Positions 19,072-31,200 of a stretch of DNA of 40,325 bases are shown here, one piece after another (positions within the stretch are counted from its first letter, which is position 1; the number at the start of each line of letters is the position of its first letter). Location: contig UYFQ01000060.1 of NCBI GenBank assembly GCA_900617105.1, positions 1-40,325 of the forward strand, read 5' to 3'. A model generated the notes under the pieces. It ran no database searches. It was not told where the DNA came from and saw only the letters and a list, made by a program, of their open reading frames with translations. The stretch is from Hydrurus foetidus (Eukaryota). The position numbers were made by a program, and so were the translations under genes.

Positions 19072-21519
19072 TAGGGATGGTGGCTAGCCTCTTTTTTCGA
19101 TATTAGTCGGGCTACCCGGCAAAAAATGAAAAGTCAGCCCGTTTAGGTAGCCCAGCCTGAGGTGCTAGCCTAGCCGATAGCCCAACATTTAAAAAGGAAT
19201 AACAATAGCCCAACATCTAGCCCTACTACGGAAATTGCTTTAAAACAGTAAAATAATGCATAAAATTTTATTTAAAAACGAAAGGGTCAAAAAATCCGTT
19301 TTAAACTACACGTAATGCCACTTACTGGTGCTTAGCCCTATGGATTGGCTATTATTCCAATATCAACTACCTACTTAGTATTCATTTTGCTTTTTATATC
19401 CTCGTAAGTATCCCAATCGTCACTGACACATACCAAACAGGAAGTATTCTCCATGTCCAGCCTTCAAAGTGATTTTGAAATAATGAGATCTGCCACTGAG
19501 AAGAATCTCTTTGAAGGAGCTGATGTGACAGGGATGCAAAGATGCTTGCGTGCCATTTTACCCAATCTAGGAAATCTAAGGAAGTGATGCTTCCACCACT
19601 TTAGAGGATCGGTGAAATCACCTCTCTTTCCATCCTCTTGTATTTCTCTGAATTTCTCTGCTTTCGCGTAACTCCTCTTTTGTATTGCTCTTTTTGGAGT
19701 CATATGTCTCAATGTGCTCCGCGTGATGTGCATGTGAATCGTCAGACTCGATTGAGAGTCAGATCGATCGATCGATCGATCGATCGCTTGAGGGCAATTA
19801 TCATCGAAAGCTCAAAATCCGAATATCGGAATATCCGATTATCCGATATTCGGATTTCTGCGAAATTTCTATGTTATCGGAAATGAAGAAAAAGCTGTAA
19901 GCTATTATCCGATATTCGCATTTCAACCTTTTTTCTATGTTATCGAACCTCCTCATAGCCCTGCACACTGCACGCTTTCTACTGTGCAGCATACTCTGCA
20001 CTATGCACTGCATGCAAGGAGTTTTGCAACTATACTTTTAAATCAGAATCAATCAATGAGTATACAAGATGTCAGATGATGAAAGTGTCGATGTTACAGC
20101 TATAGTAGGAGCAACTAGGTACGTTAAAAATAGCTCGAATAAAATGTTGCAGAGAACAATACTGTTGAGTGATCTGATTTTACCCGATGATCTCCATGAT
20201 ATTACCCGTAGTCAGCTCCTACGATGCGAATCCCTTCAAGTCCAGAAAGAAGGCAAACTTGTCGATGTTTATTTTCTGCAATTGAGTGATATAGAGACAC
20301 TTCGTGAGCTCGAAAGTGAAATGTTTTGTAGCGTAACAGATTAGTGCATTGGCTAGTAAATCAATTTTTCGAACTAAAAACGATATCTCACTGCTTCTGA
20401 GTGTGCAATTGTCAGTAGTGAATGTAAACATATCGACTATCTAAAAAGTAGGACTCACATCTTGATCAAACTTTTCCAAAACGACGATGAAAAATCACCT
20501 ACTAGTCGAATAAAAAAAAAAAGTTGCGAATTAGCCGCAAAGAGAAATTGGGAGCGCTGCGATCAAAGAATAGTCATCAGTAGTCATCTAAGATGAAGCC
20601 TGCAGAGTACAACCTTCATTGGACTCCAAATGGCTACAGGGCAGTAACATTTATGCCGTCAAAGTGGGCGTCTCAGTGACCTCCTAAAATTATCTTCGCC
20701 GGCTTTAAGGAGGCGTTCATTCCCTGGGTGAAATCAGATTTACTATGACAACAGGTCGAAAGAACTTCTGGCTGAAAATTAGGACTCACCTATTTGTCCT
20801 TCATCCGATTTGAGTAGTCAACTTTTTCATTGGAGGAGGACATCCAGAGATGGAGCAAGAATTTTTCATTCTGAGTGTCAATTTCTACATTTGACGTTAC
20901 AGGCAAATCAATCAATGACCTCCGGTTATTTTGAGCATGAAGTCAACGACTCACGTGCAGTGGTCGCTGACTTCTATTATTATATCTGATGTGTCGATGT
21001 TGAGCACAGAGCTCAAATTGGAGGAATCCTTAAATTCCATTTTCCGTGTAACAATATCCGTTCTGGTGCATTTGGCAATCTCTCAAACGACAACGGACAA
21101 AAATAAAAATTTCTGTCCCACCAAAGTAACCGATTTTGAGCCCAAAAGCGTAGAAGCCAAGCCATCCGTATCCAAACATGTTTTGAAAGACATTTTTGGA
21201 TTTAGAACTCGACTCAGTTGAAGACAACAGCGTTGCAGCTACTTTTATATGTCTTCGATATTCAGCAGTTGCTGTCAAAAACAATCGTAGATTAAGATAG
21301 TGTACAATTTCTCGAAAATATGTACAATACCATATTCATATCACACATTACCAATCTAAAAGGGCTACACAATAGAAAAATATTAGCCAGCCGGGCTAAG
21401 AATAAATCCCAGCCAGCCAGGCTAATCGGGCTGACAAAATTTGAGAATTTCAGCCTAGCCCTAGCCCACTAGCCGGGCTACGGCTAGGCTAGTCGGCTAG
21501 AACCTAGCCACCATCCCTA
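19072..21519 (-). mobile_element. Non-autonomous hAT DNA transposon nested in the LTR
   Basis: 16-bp perfect TIR TAGGGATGGTGGCTAG; 8-bp TSD CACAGGGT at 19064-19071 and 21520-21527; TAGCC/GGCTA subterminal repeats. Confidence 0.95.
19370..19733 (-). pseudogene. hAT transposase C-terminal dimerisation domain remnant
   Basis: DPLKWWK..RFPRLGKMARKHLCIPVTSAPSKRFFS, with K in place of the usual SER glutamate and an in-frame TGA before RLD. Confidence 0.88.
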
Positions 21520-21527
21520 CACAGGGT

Positions 21528-21562
21528 ACAAGATCCTAGTCTAATCCGGATAATATCCCAAA
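21528..21562 (-). repeat. 5' LTR of copia B, outer part
   Basis: acaagatcctagtctaatccggata..tcccaa matches the end of the 3' LTR and is followed by the TSD. Confidence 0.93.
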
Positions 21563-21688
21563 AGAGTCGACAGTGTTTTCTGTTTTCTCGGCTTCGCCGA
21601 TCAGAATGTAGACCGAGACCCAGAGACCGTAGACCGTTCTCGATAGCCGCCTTTTGAAACTGCTTGAAAGTTCGTTATATTATGCACT

Positions 21689-21790
21689 CATCTGGCATCT
21701 GGCATCTGGCATCTGGCTTCTGACATCTGACATCTGACATCTGACATCTGGCATCTGACATCTGACATCTAGCATTTGGCACCTAGCATC
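21689..21790. repeat. 7-bp tandem repeat (TCTGRCA), about 14 copies
   Basis: Read directly; degenerates toward the right end. Confidence 0.92.
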
Positions 21791-22004
21791 GTTCACCAGT
21801 CCTTAGTATCTTTCATCTGTTGTATCATATCACTTTACAGAAAGTCACTTGGGTACAGGCCACATAACTGGGCACATTCTCCACGACAGAATGACTCATG
21901 AAATCGGGAGGTCAGAGAAATCGGTGTCCAGACTGTGAAGCGAATTAGTCAGTTGCCGTCCCGACCGTCCCACATAAATCTTCTCGAGTCAAACTTTTCG
22001 CGGG

Positions 22005-23105
22005 ATGTCAGCGTCTGATACCGAGTTTGATTTCGATTGCCCAAGATTCGCTTTCGATTTGAACTCATCATGCAGTCAGTCTGGCAGTCCCACCAACTAT
22101 GTTGATCCATGGTTTCTTATCTATCATTCTGATCACGATCGCAAAGCTCCATCTAAAATTTGCGATGAGACAAAGAAAAACTCGAGAGGCAGATCATCGG
22201 GATCCGCTACACTCAAAGCCAACTCATCTCATTTAGGGCCAGCGAGAATTTCGAAACGGACATCCAGTGTACCGACAGCGCCAGTAAATCTATCAAGTGC
22301 GCATCCACCAGCCGGACGTGGAACCCATAGAGGTGAAGAGTTAAAAACAGAGGAACCAAAGAGCAAGTTAGCGAGCAGAACTGATTCCCTGTCTATCGGA
22401 TCTAAGAGGAAGTCAAACTCAGATGACAGCATCGGCAGTTGCGAAATTGCACAAACAGCACCATCTACAGATATGCGTGATAAGCTTGACGAATTCCGAC
22501 AAAGGAAGAAGCGAGAAAATGCGACGGATAATGCTGGGTCATCGAAATTTAGCGCGCCGCTGACTGATTACAGTCGAAGCAAGATAGTTATCTCTGACGG
22601 GAACACACAGTCCAGAGCATCCACGATACGTAATAGCGCTCCTCCAGTCAAAGCACCTGTAGCTGTAAACAAGCAGCAAAATCCAAGGGCGCATCATGTT
22701 CCTGCAAGTGTCAGCACGCAGTCAAGGGCTGCAGTGGATAGTGCGAAGTCGACTTCGAGAGTAACGCGTGTTGGACAGAAGCCTCCCATAGAATGCGTCA
22801 CTAAATCTTCTTCCAGCAGGAAGGATAATGTCGGTGTGAGCAGTTACAGATCAGATGTGCCGAGAAGAGGGCAGTCAGCCCCTTCAGCTGACGATGAAAT
22901 ATGCACACTTGAACTGCTCAAAAAGCACAATCAACGCTTCGCCCCTGTTCCTATCTATGAGCCACCCAGACACTCTGTGCGAGATGTGAGGAAATGGGAG
23001 AAGGAGTCAGGTAAATCGTGGCAGACTTTGAGCCCAGAGGAGAGAGAGGTCGTGAATGCAGAGATAGGACGCATGAAGAAGAAGGCATCAGAAGCTGTCC
23101 AATAA
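22005..23105 (+). CDS. 366-aa protein with TPX2-like Aurora-binding N-terminal motif
   Basis: ATG-TAA ORF; EFDFDCPRFAFDL..VDPWF resembles the TPX2 (Y/F)DAP..F..D.WF motif; basic Ser-rich middle. Confidence 0.75.
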   Translation: MSASDTEFDFDCPRFAFDLNSSCSQSGSPTNYVDPWFLIYHSDHDRKAPSKICDETKKNSRGRSSGSATLKANSSHLGPARISKRTSSVPTAPVNLSSAHPPAGRGTHRGEELKTEEPKSKLASRTDSLSIGSKRKSNSDDSIGSCEIAQTAPSTDMRDKLDEFRQRKKRENATDNAGSSKFSAPLTDYSRSKIVISDGNTQSRASTIRNSAPPVKAPVAVNKQQNPRAHHVPASVSTQSRAAVDSAKSTSRVTRVGQKPPIECVTKSSSSRKDNVGVSSYRSDVPRRGQSAPSADDEICTLELLKKHNQRFAPVPIYEPPRHSVRDVRKWEKESGKSWQTLSPEEREVVNAEIGRMKKKASEAVQ

Positions 23106-25222
23106 TGCTGTCGGTTACAAGAGCCACCTTTCGCCAGTATGTAATATTTCTCTTACGTGATGACATTTTTTATATGTGAGATCCATTGATTGTGTTCGTG
23201 AAAATATTTTGTTCGAACAAATTATTTATCATCAGTTCACTGTATATTTCTGATTTGTTCGAGAACGCAACATCACTTGAGCTAATAGAAGGAAGAGTTC
23301 AGGATGTTGATCATGTTGCACCCTACCTGCAGGTGCTTCGCATCATCAGGAGTCCTTTGAATGTCTCTGTAAATCGCGCTAAGAGCAGTGAGGAAGTACC
23401 ATACCTACCGACAGTAAGACGGATAGTATGATGGGCGTTTTGTCGTGTTGCGGGATAGGGTAGTGACGCAGTCATGAGTTCAACAGTACAGCGTGGTGCG
23501 GTTCCGGAACTGTTCAGTACAGTACAGTAAAGCATGAATGTAGGAATATTGCCGCATCGGATCGACTGCAGCTACACAATGTTCGCTGCTAATAGCAGCT
23601 CAGTGATGGCAGTAGAGTACCACTGTTGGTGCTAAGATGGAAGGAGCATATCATCTGTCCTATCCATCATTTTCATCATGATTACTTTAAAGAGGTTGGT
23701 GATGCAGCCATGATCGATCATTGTTAACAGGTAAATCAGCAGTTTCTGTTTTCGAGGGTATTGTACGTGATAATCTATGATACGTGAAAACATGCTTGCT
23801 TCAAGAGTGCAAAATTCGTTCCTCGCAACGGTCATCAGATCAAGCCAGAAGAAGTCACCGAAAAGTTTTAATCACGTTTAATTAAAGACGTTCAGGAATC
23901 GATATACACAAGGATTCGATTTAACCAAATGAAGACATTCACCTTAGGCACGATTGACATGTGCAGTATTGTACATTTCGGTGAAGTAGGGCCACGTCAC
24001 GCAACCAAAAACGCGAGGGGATTAGAAAAAGTAGTGGTGTGGTCTATTGATGAAAAACTAGCTAGCTGACTGAAGAGTGGGAAAAGGGAAACGGTATATG
24101 AAGATTGATGCGGTCCAAAGTCCAAAGTCACCATGATGGCAGCAAAAAGGCACAGTGTGAAATGCGCCGTTATGCACCGTAACATGCGCGTTACCCACGG
24201 TCCAATTTTAGTAAATTATAAAGCGGAATAAAATCTATGGGAAAGAAAGTGCGCACCACAACCCCCAGAACCAAATGTATGCGATGCGATTGAGGGTTGT
24301 TGTACTGACACTATCTATCCGTCGCTGTCTCTTACGTGGCTCTTACAAAGAAACAATCAATTATATAGGCACCTCCTTACACTATTCTTGCACCTTCCTT
24401 AAAATTCACGTTGTAATTTCCACTACTCTTTTTGTTCCTGTGTGAAAACACCTATCTACTTTTTATGATTGTCATCTTCAGTCAGTCAATACCGGACGGC
24501 AACACACTGGGGACCGTACCAACAAACACATACTGTACGGTATTGCTCGGTCGGTACCGTTCCACAAGTGCGTTCCATTCCATTGGGGTGATTTCCATGC
24601 GTGGTAGATTTGAATTAATTTGATTTCAATTGATTTCATTTCATTTCATGTACGAGTGGCGACTTTTTCTTTGTATTGCATCCATCCTTGTGATACCATA
24701 CGAAAGCCACGCCAATGCCCTACGCTAACTGATGAACTGCGGCTACCTTCATCTACTCCGACTATCACGATAATGCTCGACTATTTTTCACTGAGATTAT
24801 CTGAAATTCTACTTTGTTGGACCATTCTGAGATTTTCATTTTCTTCTTTTCTTTTCTTTTCAACTCCTTTCATTCCCCAATTGCTCATGTCTCCTTCTCT
24901 CTGACATGTCCTGCTCAGCATCTCCCTCTGCAGAATCCAATGTGATTCTTAAGCATTCTGCACTGCTTTGCTGTACTAATTTATTGTTGCGCACCCTGAA
25001 AGTAACGTGCTCCAGTCCGGTGTAATTGACCGGAAGTTTCCACTGCTATTTCTCCCGGTGCCGCCAGTAGCGGATAACGGAAAGTTGTTAAGTATACCTC
25101 AGTGCTCGGTGATGACACCGTGCTGAGATTGATAATATACAATATTGTACTACCATACGATGGTAGATGATGCTGGTATTCCGCTTTGCACCATCTGACA
25201 CTTCGCTGCAATCGGTCTACAG

Positions 25223-28200
25223 CTACCTGTACATGGGGTTGTCTTGACCCTTCAGGATGCCCCCATGTCTGGATAATCTCCACGCCTCATTCCCCGCTAT
25301 GGGTGGCAGGGACCGGGGACCCGATCCCGACCTTGAAGAAGCTGTAGACCGAGGGTTGGATGAGGAAGTGGACAGAGATGATTGTGACACCTGTAATAGT
25401 GACGACTTCGCTGACTTGGCTGATCCAGATGAGAGGGACGGTGTCGAAGACAAAGGCATGAGGGGGGGAATTTCGCTCCCTCCCCCATGACCGCAGCTGC
25501 GACTGTAACTGTAACTGTGACTGTCGTTACGATGGAGGTGTCTGAGAAGGAATGTTTCATCCGGAACAGGGATTGGGATACTGCTGTTTGATCGACTAGA
25601 CATGGAAGAGGAAGAATTGATGGCTCTCCGAGGTGACCATTTCTTGCTCCTATTTGCTCTCACTGACGCCAATGCGCGATTAAGCAGTCGGTCCTGTGTG
25701 ATGTTGTGTATGGTGCGCACGAGAACATCGATGAACCACTCCTCGAACAAATCGAATGACACCACATCTGTCCCCCTGGCAGCCACTCCCTTCCACTCCT
25801 CATCCTCAGGTGTCAACACGGTACTGCACCAGATGACGAACTCCTCATAAGCCTCATCCATCTCTGAAGCTGTGAGTACAATGCCATCGGGGTAGTACAC
25901 CTTGAAGATGGCTTGCAGTTCACACCCAAGGTCACTAACTGTGACGAAGAGAGACTCAGTGCTCTTCTCAGGCGCTGAGTCTACTAAGTTGAATCGCACT
26001 CTTGCCATCGCCTCTTCACCATCGAACACTATCACTGTGGAGGTTTTCCTTATTGCGTTCATACATGAGTCCGTGCGGGTAATGATTCTCTGACCCGACT
26101 CTGGAGGTGGTACATCCTGCACTTGCAGTCCGTACAGCAGACTGCTCTGTCGTGACAGTACCTTAGGCAGAGGAAGCACCACGCTGCCTTGTCGAGCAAA
26201 GCTACTCTTCCGCTGACTGGACGGGTTTGTGTCGATGCATAGGAGGGTCTTGTGAACGTTAAGCGGAGATACCATGTTCCGAATATTTAGAGGGGGCTGG
26301 AAGAGAGAGAATCTCGACCCACCACGTCTTATGGGCACGTAAAACCTCTCCCTTTCTCTCTCACCACCAGGACTTTTGGCAGGTGACACAGTGGAGCTGC
26401 AATTCGTAGGGGATGAAGTGATAGTGCGGCAGTCATTGATGGGCACTCTGCCTTGAGAAATAGATGATCTGTTCATATGCCGCCACATCCGATTCGCTTC
26501 CATCTTCTTTAACTGTCTGACTTGGAATATTCTACGTGAGAACATTGTGATGACGTATTGCATGTTATGCAGCAGCATCACGCATACTCTGCCGAAATAT
26601 CCACCAGGAGCTGAGTTCGAGACCCGCGCTGATTCGTTCTTAGATCGATTGGCCTTGGTCATTATCACAGGACCGTCAGCACTCTTCATTCTCTTCATCC
26701 TGTCTTGGCGATGTAAATGCGCTTTACTGGCTGGTCGGTACACGAAGTGATTGTACAGGAGCAGTCCCACCACCACACAGAAGGGCAGCAGCAGAGCAGT
26801 GAGAGATATGGCGTAGAGATCTGCACCCACTACAAGCACAGCGGAATATATCGCAGTGATGGCTAGGTTGACCACTTTCTCCCCCGCATATTCGTTAAGA
26901 ATCATGCATGTCAGGGGCAGCATGATAGCAACGAAGGAAATCGTTCCCAGGTAGCTGGACCTACCCTCTCTACACAGCAGCACGTCACTGTCATCAATCT
27001 ATCGTACAGTACAGTAGAATACGACATGCGTGACTATCATTAGATTCATCCAATAGGGATGAGGATGAAGGAGGTGTTACACTGGACGGAGTTTGAGGCA
27101 ATGCAGCAAGAGTACTGTTACATTTTCTCGTCAGACTCGCAGGATATAATTCAACACGATGCAATGCTGTATCATACAATACAACTTGATGAGACTCAAT
27201 TCAGCACAGAGGCCTCCATTTGATGCAATTTCATCAAAGTTAAATATAAGCACCACGCATTTAAACTACAGAAATGAAGCGAACATCAAATAAATACCTG
27301 TCTCAGTAGCCATGCAGCGGGCAGCGGCTTAATCTCCGCAATCCACGCAGCTCTACACGCAGGAGACAGTACCTGCACCACACTGAACTCTTTCTCCCTT
27401 TCTTTCTCCGCCTCCTCCTGCGCCTCATCATCGCTGAGTGCCTTGCTGTTTCTGTTGATGTACGCCATACTGACATCAGCAAGCACCCTTCTGATTTGTT
27501 GCAGCTGGGGCTGCATTGCGAGGGCGGGCAGATAGAACACCACGTAGTACTGAGTGATCTGGACTAGCAAAGCTGTCTGCACAAGTGCTACGCCAAACGT
27601 TGTTCCCCATGAGTTGACCGTGTCCCCTCCATTATAAACACCCCATGCGAATATCCAGTACACGAAAAAGATCAGGCATAGCGTGATGAATATCCAAGCG
27701 AGAATATACACAGGCCATGGCACCTGCTCTTCATGCATCTCTTCATAGGGCGCGACAATGGCTTGTAGGGCAAAGCGCTTAAATGGCGTTAAACAGCCGA
27801 GAATGAATTGTTTTATCAGTCTGTTGTCTTTGATATCGATCTCCCAGGGCTTGTAAGAGTTTATCACCTCAGCAATATTAGAAGTTGCTTTCCTGACATT
27901 GCCCATCTTTGCCTGAAGACGGGCTAGAGGAGTCCAGAACAGCAGTCGCTGTCTAAGAGTAAGAGGAACATAGGATCCATCAGGGTACACTCCTAAGTAG
28001 TCCTCAATCGCCTTTATCTTCGCCTCTCGGTCTTTCGACACACTGTCGGTGTCGGTGGGGGTCTCCCATGGTAGCAGGATGTGTTCTGTGTCAGCGGTGG
28101 AGAGGAACACGTGCACCCTTTGTAAGATGTCCAGAGTCTCCTCCAAGGGAGAGCAAAAACCTGCATCCGTCAGTCAGTTAGTCAGGCACTCAGTCAGATG

Positions 28201-31200
28201 GACAGCCAGATAATCAGTTTGACAATTATTCAGTTATAGCCCGATAATCAGTCATTCAGTCAGTAAGTCAGTGAGTCAGTCAGTCGGATGCTTAGTCAGT
28301 TGCTTAATGAGCTCTCAGATGTATGCCTAAGATATGTTGAATTATCAACGTAGACAGCTTGTCATCGGCACAGCACAATCACTAATCACGAGAGCATTTG
28401 AATCAAATATCATTGGATAATACCGTTGTATGAGAATTGCGCCACTTCAACAGCCGTTTCAACTGGCACTGCTTTCCTCCTACTGCTAGCTGGAGGAAGA
28501 ATGTGTCCAAAGTGGTCGAAGGGCTCGACAGATGATGCAGGAACAGTACTGCCCATAGCGTTCTCGTACGTGGCGTCATCGTCGAACCCACGACCTATAG
28601 GGGCCTTACGTGCGTAGTTCTCCAACACATGGCAGATGAGGGATGCGATGGGAGTCACGAACAGGAGGGTGAGCAAAGCCACTAGTATGAGGAAGATCGG
28701 ATTGTCTGGGGGAGATCTGAGAGCGCAGTTGTTGTCCCCTTCTAACCACTCGCACTGGGACTCGTTCACTCTTATCTTAGACTGCTCAGCGAGGCAGGTC
28801 GACTGGAATGTGAGAAGTGTGATTCACGATTAGACGAGAATAAACAGAAGATAAGACAGACGGACACGCACTCAGGAGCAAAGAGACAGACAGACACACA
28901 GGAGCAATGAGACAGATAGACTCACAGGAGCAATCAGACAGACACACAGGAGCAATGAGACAGACAGACACACAGGAGCAATGAGACAGACACACAGACA
29001 CACAGACACACAGGAGCCATAAGACAGATAGATGGACAGACAGAAAGACAGACACGCACACATACAGACACACAGGTGTACGGGCAGCAATAAATATCTC
29101 AAGGGTGCGTAACAATTCCAACATCTCACCTCAGATTCGTAAGATAAGCAGTCGGAATTAGCCGGGTAATATAAGCCGTAAAACACTGTGTCTACGAACA
29201 AGCACACGAGAAGATAGATGAGAGACCGCATGTACCGCACAGTGCGCGTACGTATGAGCGAAGGCACGAACATGCGAGAATAGTCGTGATTGGCCAGTAT
29301 GATGTCCAGTGCGTTTCTCTTCTTGGTGAATATGCTTTGTCCTGGAAACAGCTTGTGCAGGAACTCGGCCACTACGACTGTTCTCTCGTGGGATCTGAGA
29401 CCGTCAGACGCAAGACCCCCTCCCCGCGAACCCACTTCACTCGACCCTCTCCCAGTCCCTGAGTATTCCTCCCCCCTATACTTCTCTAATGAGTCAGATT
29501 CGTCTTGAGAGCGGTAGTCGAAGTTATTAGCGTCCAAGTTGGCTTCATTTAGGACATCCTTGTTGCGGCTACGCGATCCAAGAAAACTCATAACAGTAGT
29601 AGGGTTGCGTAGCACCGTTTTCAATACACTTCTCTTCGAATTCTCCTCATTCAGCTTGTCTATGTATCGTTGATAGGACACAGCGATATCTTCATGGCCT
29701 CCTTTCTTGACGGTTTCTTCGAAGAGCTTCCTGGCGACTGCTTCACTCTCCCTCTGCACGTACCTCTTATGCAGCTTCTCCACACTGTCCGTTCTCAAGA
29801 AACAGGCTAGCAGCAGTAGATTGAATCCTACGAAACTTCCCGTGAATGCGAGTACGATGATGGAGGAGCTGGTATCCAGTTTGAAGGGGTTGCTAGTAAG
29901 GACATCAGAGAGCTCGGAGAGTACAGCCTGGAACACCACACCGTAAGAAGACATGGGAATCGAAGCAGAACTGTCCTCTTCAGCTAGACTTCTGAAGTTC
30001 TTCATGTATGTCTTTGTGTGCAATCTGCTGCGAGACTTCATGGTGCTGTCCGCTGTAAATCCGTCTTTGCTGATATTTCCCATATGATCACTTATGTTAT
30101 CATATTGCTTTTCATCCTCTTCCTCTTCTACTTCCTCCTCTAATTTTCCTTCCTCATCCCTTTCGTAAGTGATAGTCTCCTGCATTCTTCTGGCCTTTCT
30201 TCTCGGGCATATTTGAGTGATGTCATAGCAGCTGTAGGTGACGTTATAATTCGTATAAGAGGATATGTTGCATCCTTTACATGGAACATACTCAACTCCA
30301 TTGTGCTGCCTGCATAGTGGGAGGGTGAAGTTCTTCCTAGTGGCAGCTTCAGATGACTGGGAGAGTGCTTTAGTAATGTTGAGGTCCGTATAGGAGTTGT
30401 ACTGAAGCACAACAGTGTACGCCACTGTCCCTGCCTGACTAGTCTTAACAGTGTTACTTGATGTGGACACTACAGAGTCTGAATGAGTGCCTGGTAATAA
30501 GGACAATAAAGGACTTCCCATCGACTTTGAGAAGGGGTACGGGTTGCTACCCCACTGCACCATGGATAATTGAGCGTAACTCCCCTCAGGAAAACAAGAA
30601 GTCCCCCCCGGGCCAATGCTTATCTTAGGCTGTATGGACTTGTATTGGAGCATGGAAGGCGTAGCAGGTGTAGTCAGTTCTTGACCAGTCAATTCAGCCG
30701 CTAGTACACTGTATACGGTCAGTTGGAGTTTCTTTGAAGCGATGCTTAAAGGCACTTCGCCTGGCGCCATTCCCAACTTGATGCCCGCTATCAAGTTCTT
30801 CACCTGTAGATACGCGGAGACAACAGGAAAGAGAAAAACGTTACGAAATGATGATGTATAGAGGTGTGATGACACATCTGATGACACTGATAATTACGAT
30901 ACATGCGATGTATGAGGTAGTGCACGATTTGTGGATGGTGATAGACAGTATAATATCTTCAAGCCACTAACCGCTGACGTCACTTCATTACCCTTCGTGG
31001 CAACTAAGATTCTCCTGCCCTTAGAAGAGAGGGACGGGGCACTGGCCATGTAAAGAGACACCAGGTCCACCATTAGCAGGGCAGTGCCCATAGATCCCTT
31101 GATATACCCCCTCTTGGCCATCGCTGTGACCTTGGAAAGTGTCTGTGAGCAGTTGGCTTTATTCGATGCAGAGTAGACTTCGTATGGGGAGTATGCGGAG

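Larger units (their letters stand above)
13090..21562 (-). mobile_element. Complete Ty1/copia LTR retrotransposon B with 5-bp TSD AGAGT
   Basis: Paired LTRs; AGAGT at 13085-13089 and 21563-21567; order gag-PR-IN-RT-RH. Confidence 0.96.

Noticed and set aside
1289..19466. Three in-frame TGA codons suggesting UGA reassignment
   Set aside because: All lie in transposons, one clearly decayed; the host genes have no internal TGA and use TGG for Trp.
21689..21790. Heptamer array as telomere or functional element
   Set aside because: Short, internal and degenerate; treated as an ordinary minisatellite.
23186..24200. Possible small spliced minus-strand gene
   Set aside because: Some GT/AG-like signals, but I could not assemble a coherent or recognisable ORF.
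24981..25283. Additional last exon of the giant gene via AG|GTAGCT at its stop
   Set aside because: No supporting motif; cannot be decided without transcripts.
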